A stretch of DNA of 64,000 nt from Gordius albopunctatus (Eukaryota). Under the pieces are notes generated by a model. That model had not been told where the DNA came from and ran no database searches. It saw nothing but the letters and a program-made list of their open reading frames with translations. This document shows positions 1 to 13,600 of the stretch, piece after piece (position 1 is the first letter of the stretch; each line of letters opens with the position of its first letter). Location of the stretch: NCBI GenBank assembly GCA_964276515.1, contig OZ193910.1, positions 7,998,001-8,062,000 on the forward strand. Reading direction: 5' to 3'. Both the position numbers and the translations under genes were made by a program.

Positions 1-1699
1 TTTGAGATTGAGAGAAATTAAAATTTTCGTGTTACGTTTATATTGTTTCAATATCGCTTTATAAGCGTGTCTCTAGTTTTAGTGAAACAAGCTCTATGCG
101 ATCGTGATTTAGAGTTAATAATTTTTGATGACTGATCAAAAAAATGTTTTTCAAGGAATTCACCTCTTATACCGAAAACTTTCATGAGAGCTATATGGTT
201 GAACAAAAAAATTGAAAAAATTTTGAGGTCGAAAAAATTATTATTTTTCATATTCTTTCGAAAGGGAGATGAAAAAATCTTTAAAAGTTAGTAAATATTT
301 TTAGCATATTGTCCTCGTTAGAATCTTGATAGGAATTTATGCGTGGGGGGATGTTTGAGATTGAGAGAAATTAAAATTTTCGTGCTGCGTTTAGTTTGTT
401 TCAATATCGCTTTATAAGCGTGTCTCTAGTTTTAGTGAAACAAGCTCTATGCGATCGTGATTTACAGTTAATAATTTTTGATGACTGATCAAAAAAATGT
501 TTTTCAATGAATTCACCTCTTATACCGAAAACTTTCATGAGAGCTATATGGTTGAACAAAAAAATTGAAAAAATTTTGAGGTCGAAAAAAATATTATTTT
601 TCAAATTCTTTCGAAAGGGAGATGAAAAAATCTTTAAAAGTTAGTAAATATTCTTAGCATTTTGTCCTTGTTAGAATCTTGACAGAAATTTAGGCGTGGG
701 GGGATGTTTTAGATTGAGAGAAATTAAAATTTAGGTGTTGCGTTTATATTGTTTCAATATCGCTTTATAAGCGTGTCTCTAGTTTTAGTGAAACAAGCTC
801 TATGCGATCGTGATTTAGAGTTAATAATTTTTGATGACTGATCAAAAAAATGTTTTTCAATGAATTCACCTCTTATACCGAAAACTTTCATGAGAGCTAT
901 ATGGTTGAACAAAAAAATTGAAAAAATTTTGAGGTCGAAAAAATTATTATTTTTCATATTCTTTCGAAAGGGAGATGAAAAAATCTTTAAAAGTTAGTAA
1001 ATATTCTTAGCATTTTGTCCTTGTTAGAATCTTGATAGGAATATATGCGTGGGGGGATGTTTGAGATTGAGAGAAATTAAAATTTTCGTGTTACGTTTAT
1101 ATTGTTTCAATATCGCTTTATAAGCGTGTCTCTAGTTTTAGTGAAACAAGCTCTATGCGATCGTGATTTAGAGTTAATAATTTTTGATGACTGATCAAAA
1201 AAATGTTTTTCAAGGAATTCACCTCTTATACCGAAAACTTTCATGAGAGCTATATGGTTGAACAAAAAAATTGAAAAAATTTTGAGGTCGAAAAAATTAT
1301 TATTTTTCATATTCTTTCGAAAGGGAGATGAAAAAATCTTTAAAAGTTAGTAAATATTCTTAGCATATTGTCCTCGTTAGAATCTTGATAGGAATTTATG
1401 CGTGGGGGGATGTTTGAGATTGAGAGAAATTAAAATTTTCGTGCTGTGTTTATATTGTTTCAATATCGCTTTATAAGCGTGTCTCTAGTTTTAGTGAAAC
1501 AAGCTCTATGCGATCGTGATTTAGAGATAATAATTTTTGACGACTGATCAAAAAAATGTTTTTAAAGGAATTCACCTCTTATACCGAAAACTTTCATGAG
1601 AGCTATATGGTTGAACAAAAAAATAGAAAAAATTTTGAGGTCCAAAAAAATTATTATTTTTCATATTCTTTCGAAAGGGAGATGAAAAAATCTTTAAAA

Positions 1700-4600
1700 G
1701 TTAGTAAATATTCTTAGCATTTTGTCCTTTCTTGATAGGAATTTTTGCGTGGGGGCTATTTGAGATTGAGAGAAATTAAAATTTCCGTGTGGCGTTTAGA
1801 TTGATTCAATATCGTTTTATAAGCGTGTCTCTAGTTTTAGTGAAACAAGCTCTATGCGATCGTGATTTAGAGTTAATAATTTTTGATGACTGATCAAAAA
1901 AATGTTTTTCAAGGAATTCATCTCTTATACGGAAAACTTTCATGAGAGCTATATGGTTGAACAAAAAAATTGAAAAAATTTTGAGGTCGAAAAAAATATT
2001 TTTTTTCATATTCTTTCGAAAGGGAGATGAAAAAATCTTTAAAAGTTAGTAAATATTCTTAGCATTTTGTCCTTGTTAGAATCTTGATAGGAATTTATGC
2101 GTGGGGGGATGTTTTAGATTGAGAGAAATTAAAATTTATGTGTTGCGTTTATATTGTTTCAGTATCGCTTTATAAGCGTGTCTCTAGTTTTAGTGAAACA
2201 AGCTCTATGCGATCGTGATTTAGGGTTAATAATTTTTGATGACTGATCAAAAAAATGTTTTTCAAGGAATTCACCTCTTATACCGAAAACTTTCATGAGA
2301 GCTATATGGTTGAACAAAAAAATTGAAAAAATTTTGAGGTCGAAAAAATTATTATTTTTCATATTCTTTCGAAAGGGAGATGAAAAAATCTTTAAAAGTT
2401 AGTAAATATTCTTAGCATTTTGTCCTTGTTAGAATCTTGATAGGAATTTATCCTTGGGGGGATGTTTGAGATTGAGAGAAATTAAAATTTTCGTGTTGCG
2501 TTTATATTGTTTGAATATCGCTTTATAAGCGTGTCTCTAGTTTTAGTGAAACAAGCTCTATGCGATCGTGATTTAGAGTTAATAATTTTTGATGACTGAT
2601 CAAAAAAATGTTTTTAAAGGAATTCACCTCTTATACCGAAAACTTTCATGAGAGCTATATGGTTGAACAAAAAAATTGAAAAAATTTTGAGGTCGAAAAA
2701 ATTATTATTTTTCATATTCTTTCGAAAGGGAGATGAAAAAATCTTTAAAAGTTAGTAAATATTCTTAGCATATTGTCCTCGTTAGAATCTTGATAGGAAT
2801 TTATGCGTGGGGGGATGTTTGAGATTGAGAGAAATTAAAATTTTCGTGCTGTGTTTATATTGTTTCAATATCGCTTTATAAGCGTGTCTCTAGTTTTAGT
2901 GAAACAAGCTCTATGCGATCGTGATTTAGAGATAATAATTTTTGACGACTGATCAAAAAAATGTTTTTAAAGGAATTCACCTCTTATACCGAAAACTTTC
3001 ATGAGAGCTATATGGTTGAACAAAAAAATAGAAAAAATTTTGAGGTCCAAAAAAATTATTATTTTTCATATTCTTTCGAAAGGGAGATGAAAAAATCTTT
3101 AAATGTTAGTAAATATTCTTAGCATTTTGTCCTTGTTAGAATCTTGAAAGGAATTTATGCGTGGGGGGATGTTTTAGATTGAGAGAAATTAAAATTTAGG
3201 TGTTGCGTTTATATTGTTTCAATATCGCTTTATAATCGAGCTCTATGCGATCGTGATTTAGAGTTAATAATTTTTGATGACTGATCAAAAAAATGTTTTT
3301 CAAGGAATTCATCTCTTATACGGAAAACTTTCATGAGAGCTATATGGTTGAACAAAAAAATTGAAAAAATTTTGAGGTCGAAAAAAATATTTTTTTTCAT
3401 ATTCTTTCGAAAGGGAGATGAAAAAATCCTTAAAAGTTAGTAAATATTCTTAGCATTTTGTCCTTGTTAGAATCTTGATAGGAATTTATGCGTGGGGGGA
3501 TGTTTTAGATTGAGAGAAATTAAAATTTATGTGTTGCGTTTATATTGTTTCAGTATCGCTTTATAAGCGTGTCTCTAGTTTTAGTGAAACAAGCTCTATG
3601 CGATCGTGATTTAGGGTTAATAATTTTTGATGACTGATCAAAAAAATGTTTTTCAAGGAATTCACCTCTTATACCGAAAACTTTCATGAGAGCTATATGG
3701 TTGAACAAAAAAATTGAAAAAATTTTGAGGTCGAAAAAATTATTATTTTTCATATTCTTTCGAAAGGGAGATGAAAAAATCTTTAAAAGTTAGTAAATAT
3801 TCTTAGCATTTTGTCCTTGTTAGAATCTTGATAGGAATTTATCCTTGGGGGGATGTTTGAGATTGAGAGAAATTAAAATTTTCGTGTTGCGTTTATATTG
3901 TTTCAATATCGCTTTATAAGCGTGTCTCTAGTTTTAGTGAAACAAGCTCTATGCGATCGTGATTTAGAGTTAATAATTTTTGATGACTGATCAAAAAAAT
4001 GTTTTTAAAGGAATTCACCTCTTATACCGAAAACTTTCATGAGAGCTATATGGTTGAACAAAAAAATTGAAAAAATTTTGAGGTCGAAAAAATTATTATT
4101 TTTCATATTCTTTCGAAAGGGAGATGAAAAAATCTTTAAAAGTTAGTAAATATTCTTAGCATATTGTCCTCGTTAGAATCTTGATAGGAATTTATGCGTG
4201 GGGGGATGTTTGAGATTGAGAGAAATTAAAATTTTCGTGCTGTGTTTATATTGTTTCAATATCGCTTTATAAGCGTGTCTCTAGTTTTAGTGAAACAAGC
4301 TCTATGCGATCGTGATTTAGAGATAATAATTTTTGACGACTGATCAAAAAAATGTTTTTAAAGGAATTCACCTCTTATACCGAAAACTTTCATGAGAGCT
4401 ATATGGTTGAACAAAAAAATAGAAAAAATTTTGAGGTCCAAAAAAATTATTATTTTTCATATTCTTTCGAAAGGGAGATGAAAAAATCTTTAAATGTTAG
4501 TAAATATTCTTAGCATTTTGTCCTTGTTAGAATCTTGAAAGGAATTTATGCGTGGGGGGATGTTTTAGATTGAGAGAAATTAAAATTTAGGTGTTGCGTT

Positions 4601-7600
4601 TATATTGTTTCAATATCGCTTTATAATCGAGCTCTATGCGATCGTGATTTAGAGTTAATAATTTTTGATGACTGATCAAAAAAATGTTTTTCAAGGAATT
4701 CATCTCTTATACCGAAAACTTTCATGAGAGTTATATGGTTGAACAAAAAAATTGAAAAAATTTTGAGGTCGAAAAAATAATATTTTTCATATTTTTTCGA
4801 AAGGGAGATGAAAAAATCTTTAAAAGTTAGTAAATATTCTTAGCATTTTGTCCTTGTTTGAATATTGATAGAAATTTATGCGTGGGGGGATGTTTGAGAT
4901 TGAGAGAAATTAAAATTTTCGTGCTGCGTTTATATTGTTTCAATATCGCTTTATAAGCGTGTCTCTAGTTTTAGTGAAACAAGCTCGATGCGATCGTGAT
5001 TTAGAGTTAATAATTTTTGATGACTGATCAAAAAAATGTTTTTCAAGGAATTCACCTCTTATACCGAAAACTTTCATGAGAGCTATATGGTTGAACAAAA
5101 AAATTGAAAAAATTTTGAGGTCGAAAAAATTATTATTTTTCATATTCTTTCGAAAGGGAGATGAAAAAATCTTTAAAAGTTAGTAAATATTCTTAGCATA
5201 TTGTCCTCGTTAGAATCTTGATAGGAATTTATGCGTGGGGGGATGTTTTAGATTGAGAGAAATTAAAATTTTCGTGCTGCGTTTAGTTTGTTTCAATATC
5301 GCTTTATAAGCGTGTCTCTAGTTTTAGTGAAACAAGCTCTATGCGATCGTGATTTACAGTTAATAATTTTTGATGACTGATCAAAAAAATGTTTTTCAAG
5401 GAATTCACCTCTTATACCGAAAACTTTCATGAGAGCTATATGGTTGAACAAAAAAATTGAAAAAATTTTGAGGTCGAAAAAAATATTATTTTTCAAATTC
5501 TTTCGAAAGGGAGATGAAAAAATCTTTAAAAGTTAGTAAATATTCTTAGAATTTTGTCCTTGTTAGAATCTTGATAGGAATTTTTGCGTTGGCGATGTTT
5601 GAGATTGAGAGAAATTAAAATTTTTGTGCTGCGTTTAGTTTGTTTCAATATCGCTTTATAAGCGTGTCTCTAGTTTTAGTGAAACAAGCTCTATGCGATC
5701 GTGATTTACAGTTAATAATTTTTGATGACTGATCAAAAAAATGTTTTTCAAGGAATTCACCTCTTATACCGAAAACTTTCATGAGAGCTATATGGTTGAA
5801 CAAAAAAATTGAAAAAATTTTGAGGTCGAAAAAATTATTATTTTTCATATTCTTTCGAAAGGGAGATGAAAAAATCTTTAAAAGTTAGTAAATATTCTTA
5901 GCATTTTGTCCTTGTTAGAATCTTGATAGGAATATATGCGTGGGGGGATGTTTGAGATTGAGAGAAATTAAAATTTTCGTGTTACGTTTATATTGTTTCA
6001 ATATCGCTTTATAAGCGTGTCTCTAGTTTTAGTGAAACAAGCTCTATGCGATCGTGATTTAGAGTTAATAATTTTTGATGACTGATCAAAAAAATGTTTT
6101 TCAAGGAATTCACCTCTTATACCGAAAACTTTCATGAGAGCTATATGGTTGAACAAAAAAATTGAAAAAATTTTGAGGTCGAAAAAATTATTATTTTTCA
6201 TATTCTTTCGAAAGGGAGATGAAAAAATCTTTAAAAGTTAGTAAATATTCTTAGCATTTTGTCCTTGTTAGAATCTTGATAGGAATTTATCCTTGGGGGG
6301 ATGTTTGAGATTGAGAGAAATTAAAATTTTCGTGTTGCGTTTATATTGTTTCAATATCGCTTTATAAGCGTGTCTCTAGTTTTAGTGAAACAAGCTCTAT
6401 GCGATCGTGATTTAGAGTTAATAATTTTTGATGACTGATCAAAAAAATGTTTTTCAAGGAATTCACCTCTTATACCGAAAACTTTCATGAGAGCTATATG
6501 GTTGAACAAAAAAATTGAAAAAATTTTGAGGTCGAAAAAATTATTATTTTTCATATTCTTTCGAAAGGGAGATGAAAAAATCTTTAAAAGTTAGTAAATA
6601 TTCTTAGCATATTGTCCTCGTTAGAATCTTGATAGGAATTTATGCGTGGGGGGATGTTTGAGATTGAGAGAAATTAAAATTTTCGTGCTGCGTTTATATT
6701 GTTTCAATATCGCTTTATAAGCGTGTCTCTAGTTTTAGTGAAACAAGCTCGATGCGATCGTGATTTAGAGTTAATAATTTTTGATGACTGATCAAAAAAA
6801 TGTTTTTCAAGCAATTCACCTGTTATACCGAAAACTTTCATGAGAGCTATATGGTTGAACAAAAAAATTGAAAAAATTTTGAGGTCGAAAAAAATATTAT
6901 TTTTCAAATTCCTTCGAAAGGATGATGAAAAAATCTTTAAAAGTTAGTAAATATTCTTAGCATTTTGTCCTTGTTAGAATATTGATAGAAATTTATGCGT
7001 GGGGGGATGTTTTAGATTGAGAGAAATTAAAATTTAGGTGTTGCGTTTATATTGTTTCAATATCGCTTTATAAGCGTGTCTCTAGTTTTAGTGAAACAAG
7101 CTCTATGCGATCGTGATTTAGAGATAATAATTTTTGACGACTGATCAAAAAAATGTTTTTAAAGGAATTCACCTCTTATACCGAAAACTTTCATGAGAGC
7201 TATATGGTTGAACAAAAAAATAGAAAAAATTTTGAGGTCGAAAAAATTATTATTTTTCATATTCTTTCGAAAGGGAGATGAAAAAATCTTTAAAAGTTAG
7301 TAAATATTCTTAGCATTTTGTCCTTGTTAGAATCTTGATAGGAATTTTTGCGTGGGGGGATGTTTTAGATTGAGAGAAATTAAAATTTAGGTGTTGCGTT
7401 TATATTGTTTCAATATCGCTTTATAAGCGAGCTCTATGCGATCGTGATTTAGTGTTAATAATTTTTGATGACTGATCAAAAAAATGTTTTTCAAGGAATT
7501 CACCTCTTATACCGAAAACTTTCATGAGAGCTATATGGTTGAACAAAAAAATTGAAAAAATTTTGAGGTCGAAAAAATTATTATTTTTCATATTCTTTTG

Positions 7601-10600
7601 AAAGGGAGATGAAAAAATCTTTAAAAATTAGTAAATATTCGTAGCATTTTGTCCTTGTTAGAATCTTGATAGGAATTTATGCGTGGAGGGATGTTTGAGA
7701 TTGAGAGAAATTAAAATTTTCGTGTTGCGTTTAGATTGATTCAATATCGCTTTATAAGCGTGTCTCTAGTTTTAGTGAAACAAGCTCTATGCGATCGTGA
7801 TTTAGAGTTAATAATTTTTGATGACTGATCAAAAAAATGTTTTTCAAGGAATTCACCTCTTATACCGAAAACTTTCATGAGAGCTATATGGTTGAACAAA
7901 AAAATTGAAAAAATTTTGAGGTCGAAAAAATTATTATTTTTCATATTCTTTCGAAAGGGAGATGAAAAAATCTTTAAAAGTTAGTAAATATTCTTAGCAT
8001 ATTGTCCTCGTTAGAATCTTGATAGGAATTTATGCGTGGGGGGATGTTTGAGATTGAGAGAAATTAAAATTTTCGTGCTGCGTTTATATTGTTTCAATAT
8101 CGCTTTATAAGCGTGTCTCTAGTTTTAGTGAAACAAGCTCGATGCGATCGTGATTTAGAGTTAATAATTTTTGATGACTGATCAAAAAAATGTTTTTCAA
8201 GCAATTCACCTGTTATACCGAAAACTTTCATGAGAGCTATATGGTTGAACAAAAAAATTGAAAAAATTTTGAGGTCGAAAAAAATATTATTTTTCAAATT
8301 CTTTCGAAAGGAGATGAAAAAATCTTTAAAAGTTATTAAATATTCTTAGCATTTTGTCCTTGTTAGAATCTTGATCGGAATTTTTGCGTGGGGGGATGTT
8401 TGAGATTGAGAGAAATTAAAATTTTCGTGTTGCGTTTAGATTGATTCAATTTCGCTTTATAAGCGTGTCTCTAGTTTTAGTGAAACAAGCTCTATGCGAT
8501 CGTGATTTAGAGTTAATAATTTTTGATGACTGATCAAAAAAATGTTTTTCAAGGAATTCACCTCCTATACGGAAAACTTTCATGAGTGCTATATGGTTGA
8601 ACAAAAAAAATTAAAACAATTTTGAGGTCGAAAAAAATATTATTTTTCATATTCTTTCGAAAGGGAGATGAAAAAATCTTTAAAAGTTATTAAATATTCT
8701 TAGCATTTTGTCCTTGTTAGAATCTTGATAGGAATTTTTGCGTGGGGGGATGTTTGAGATTGAGAGAAATTAAAATTTTCGTGTTGCGTTTAGATTGATT
8801 CAATATCGCTTTATAAGCGTGTCTCTACTTTTAGTGAAACAAGCTCTATGCGATGGTGATTCAGTGTTAATAATTTTTGATGACTGATCAAAAAAATGTT
8901 TTTCAAGGAATTCACCTCTTATACCGAAAACTTTCATGAGAACTATATGGTTGAACAAAAAAATTGAAAAAATTTTGAGGTCGAAAAAAATATTATTTTT
9001 CATATTGTTTCGAAAAGGAGATGAAAAAATCTTTAAAAGTTAGTAAATATTCTTAGCATTTTGTCCTTTCTTGATAGGAATTTTTGCGTGGGGGCTATTT
9101 GAGATTGAGAGAAATTAAAATTTCCGTGTGGCGTTTAGATTGATTCAATATCGTTTTATAAGCGTGTCTCTAGTTTTAGTGAAACAAGCTCTATGCGATC
9201 GTGATTTAGAGTTAATAATTTTTGATGACTGATCAAAAAAATGTTTTTCAAGGAATTCATCTCTTATACGGAAAACTTTCATGAGAGCTATATGGTTGAA
9301 CAAAAAAATTGAAAAAATTTTGAGGTCGAAAAAAATATTTTTTTTCATATTCTTTCGAAAGGGAGATGAAAAAATCTTTAAAAGTTAGTAAATATTCTTA
9401 GCATTTTGTCCTTGTTAGAATCTTGATAGGAATTTTTGCGTGGGGGGATGTTTGAGATTGAGAGAAATTAAAATTTTCGTGTTGCGTTTAGATTGATTCA
9501 ATATCGCTTTATAAGCGTGTCTCTACTTTTAGTGAAACAAGCTCTATGCGATGGTGATTCAGTGTTAATAATTTTTGATGACTGATCAAAAAAATGTTTT
9601 TCAAGGAATTCACCTCTTATACCGAAAACTTTCATGAGAACTATATGGTTGAACAAAAAAATTGAAAAAATTTTGAGGTCGAAAAAAATATTATTTTTCA
9701 TATTGTTTCGAAAAGGAGATGAAAAAATCTTTAAAAGTTAGTAAATATTCTTAGCATTTTGTCCTTTCTTGATAGGAATTTTTGCGTGGGGGCTATTTGA
9801 GATTGAGAGAAATTAAAATTTCCGTGTGGCGTTTAGATTGATTCAATATCGTTTTATAAGCGTGTCTCTAGTTTTAGTGAAACAAGCTCTATGCGATCGT
9901 GATTTAGAGTTAATAATTTTTGATGAATGATCAAAAAAATGTTTTTCAAGGAATTCATCTCTTATACGGAAAACTTTCATGAGAGCTATATGGTTGAACA
10001 AAAAAAATTAAAACAATTTCGAGGTCGAAAAAAATATTATTTTTCATATTCTTTCGAAAGGGAGATGAAAAAATCTTTAAAAGTTAGTAAATATTCTTAG
10101 CATTTTGTCCTTGTTAGAATCTTGATAGGAATTTATGCGTGGGGGGATGTTTTAGATTGAGAGAAATTAAAATTTATGTGTTGCGTTTATATTGTTTCAG
10201 TATCGCTTTATAAGCGTGTCTCTAGTTTTAGTGAAACAAGCTCTATGCGATCGTGATTTAGGGTTAATAATTTTTGATGACTGATCAAAAAAATGTTTTT
10301 CAAGGAATTCACCTCTTATACCGAAAACTTTCATGAGAGCTATATGGTTGAACAAAAAAATTGAAAAAATTTTGAGGTCGAAAAAATTATTATTTTTCAT
10401 ATTCTTTCGAAAGGGAGATGAAAAAATCTTTAAAAGTTAGTAAATATTCTTAGCATTTTGTCCTTGTTAGAATCTTGATAGGAATTTATCCTTGGGGGGA
10501 TGTTTGAGATTGAGAGAAATTAAAATTTTCGTGTTGCGTTTATATTGTTTCAATATCGCTTTATAAGCGTGTCTCTAGTTTTAGTGAAACAAGCTCTATG

Positions 10601-13600
10601 CGATCGTGATTTAGAGTTAATAATTTTTGATGACTGATCAAAAAAATGTTTTTAAAGGAATTCACCTCTTATACCGAAAACTTTCATGAGAGCTATATGG
10701 TTGAACAAAAAAATTGAAAAAATTTTGAGGTCGAAAAAATTATTATTTTTCATATTCTTTCGAAAGGGAGATGAAAAAATCTTTAAAAGTTAGTAAATAT
10801 TCTTAGCATATTGTCCTCGTTAGAATCTTGATAGGAATTTATGCGTGGGGGGATGTTTGAGATTGAGAGAAATTAAAATTTTCGTGCTGTGTTTATATTG
10901 TTTCAATATCGCTTTATAAGCGTGTCTCTAGTTTTAGTGAAACAAGCTCTATGCGATCGTGATTTAGAGATAATAATTTTTGACGACTGATCAAAAAAAT
11001 GTTTTTAAAGGAATTCACCTCTTATACCGAAAACTTTCATGAGAGCTATATGGTTGAACAAAAAAATAGAAAAAATTTTGAGGTCCAAAAAAATTATTAT
11101 TTTTCATATTCTTTCGAAAGGGAGATGAAAAAATCTTTAAATGTTAGTAAATATTCTTAGCATTTTGTCCTTGTTAGAATCTTGAAAGGAATTTATGCGT
11201 GGGGGGATGTTTTAGATTGAGAGAAATTAAAATTTAGGTGTTGCGTTTATATTGTTTCAATATCGCTTTATAATCGAGCTCTATGCGATCGTGATTTAGA
11301 GTTAATAATTTTTGATGACTGATCAAAAAAATGTTTTTCAAGGAATTCATCTCTTATACGGAAAACTTTCATGAGAGCTATATGGTTGAACAAAAAAAAT
11401 TAAAACAATTTCGAGGTCGAAAAAAATATTATTTTTCATATTCTTTCGAAAGGGAGATGAAAAAATCTTTAAAAGTTAGTAAATATTCTTAGCATTTTGT
11501 CCTTTCTTGATAGGAATTTTTGCGTGGGGGGATGTTTGAGATTGAGAGAAATTAAAATTTTCGTGTTGCGTTTAGATTGATTCAATATCGCTTTATAAGC
11601 GTGTCTCTACTTTTAGTGAAACAAGCTCTATGCGATGGTGATTCAGTGTTAATAATTTTTGATGACTGATCAAAAAAATGTTTTTCAAGGAATTCACCTC
11701 TTATACCGAAAACTTTCATGAGAACTATATGGTTGAACAAAAAAATTGAAAAAATTTTGAGGTCGAAAAAAATATTATTTTTCATATTGTTTCGAAAAGG
11801 AGATGAAAAAATCTTTAAAAGTTAGTAAATATTCTTAGCATTTTGTCCTTTCTTGATAGGAATTTTTGCGTGGGGGCTATTTGAGATTGAGAGAAATTAA
11901 AATTTCCGTGTGGCGTTTAGATTGATTCAATATCGTTTTATAAGCGTGTCTCTAGTTTTAGCTAAACAAGCTCTATGCGATCGTGATTTAGAGTTAATAA
12001 TTTTTGATGAATGATCAAAAAAATGTTTTTCAAGGAATTCATCTCTTATACGGAAAACTTTCATGAGAGCTATATGGTTGAACAAAAAAAATTAAAACAA
12101 TTTCGAGGTCGAAAAAAATATTATTTTTCATATTCTTTCGAAAGGGAGATGAAAAAATCTTTAAAAGTTAGTAAATATTCTTAGCATTTTGTCCTTGTTA
12201 GAATCTTGATAGGAATTTATGCGTGGGGGGATGTTTTAGATTGAGAGAAATTAAAATTTATGTGTTGCGTTTATATTGTTTCAGTATCGCTTTATAAGCG
12301 TGTCTCTAGTTTTAGTGAAACAAGCTCTATGCGATCGTGATTTAGAGTTAATAATTTTTGATGACTGATCAAAAAAATGTTTTTCAAGGAATTCATCTCT
12401 TATACGGAAAACTTTCATGAGAGCTATATGGTTGAACAAAAAAATTGAAAAAATTTTGAGGTCGAAAAAAATATTTTTTTTCATATTCTTTCGAAAGGGA
12501 GATGAAAAAATCTTTAAAAGTTATTAAATATTCTTAGCATTTTGTCCTTGTTAGAATCTTGATAGGAATTTTTGCGTGGGTGGATGTTTTAGATTGAGAG
12601 AAATTAAAATTTAGGTGTTGCGTTTATATTGTTTCAATATCGCTTTATAAGCGTGTCTCTAGTTTTAGTGAAACAAGCTCTATGCGATCGTGATTTAGAG
12701 TTAATAATTTTTGATGAATGATCAAAAAAATGTTTTTCAAGGAATTCATCTCTTATACGGAAAACTTTCATGAGAGCTATATGGTTGAACAAAAAAAATT
12801 AAAACAATTTCGAGGTCGAAAAAAATATTATTTTTCATATTCTTTCGAAAGGGAGATGAAAAAATCTTTAAAATTTAGTAAATATTCTTAGCATTTTGTC
12901 CTTGTTAGAATCTTGATAGGAATTTATGCGTGGGGGGATGTTTTAGATTGAGAGAAATTAAAATTTATGTGTTGCGTTTATATTGTTTCAGTATCGCTTT
13001 ATAAGCGTGTCTCTAGTTTTAGTGAAACAAGCTCTATGCGATCGTGATTTAGGGTTAATAATTTTTGATGACTGATCAAAAAAATGTTTTTCAAGGAATT
13101 CACCTCTTATACCGAAAACTTTCATGAGAGCTATATGGTTGAACAAAAAAATTGAAAAAATTTTGAGGTCGAAAAAATTATTATTTTTCATATTCTTTCG
13201 AAAGGGAGATGAAAAAATCTTTAAAAGTTAGTAAATATTCTTAGCATTTTGTCCTTGTTAGAATCTTGATAGGAATTTATCCTTGGGGGGATGTTTGAGA
13301 TTGAGAGAAATTAAAATTTTCGTGTTGCGTTTATATTGTTTCAATATCGCTTTATAAGCGTGTCTCTAGTTTTAGTGAAACAAGCTCTATGCGATCGTGA
13401 TTTAGAGTTAATAATTTTTGATGACTGATCAAAAAAATGTTTTTAAAGGAATTCACCTCTTATACCGAAAACTTTCATGAGAGCTATATGGTTGAACAAA
13501 AAAATTGAAAAAATTTTGAGGTCGAAAAAAATTATTATTTTTCATATTCTTTCGAAAGGGAGATGAAAAAATCTTTAAAAGTTAGTAAATATTCTTAGCA

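Noticed and set aside
255..270. CENP-B box
   Set aside because: TTCGAAAGGGAG shares TTCG and GGG with the box but lacks the TTCG-N4-A-N2-CGGG spacing.
1..353. Identity with the Drosophila 1.688 (353/356/359-bp) satellite family
   Set aside because: The length coincides, but against my recollection of that consensus only short AT-rich words match. A BLAST search would be needed, so no organism is assigned.
1..353. 5S rRNA, tRNA, snRNA or spliced-leader tandem gene repeat
   Set aside because: I recognised no such sequence, Pol III box or cloverleaf, and the monomer is very AT-rich. An Rfam/Infernal scan was not possible.
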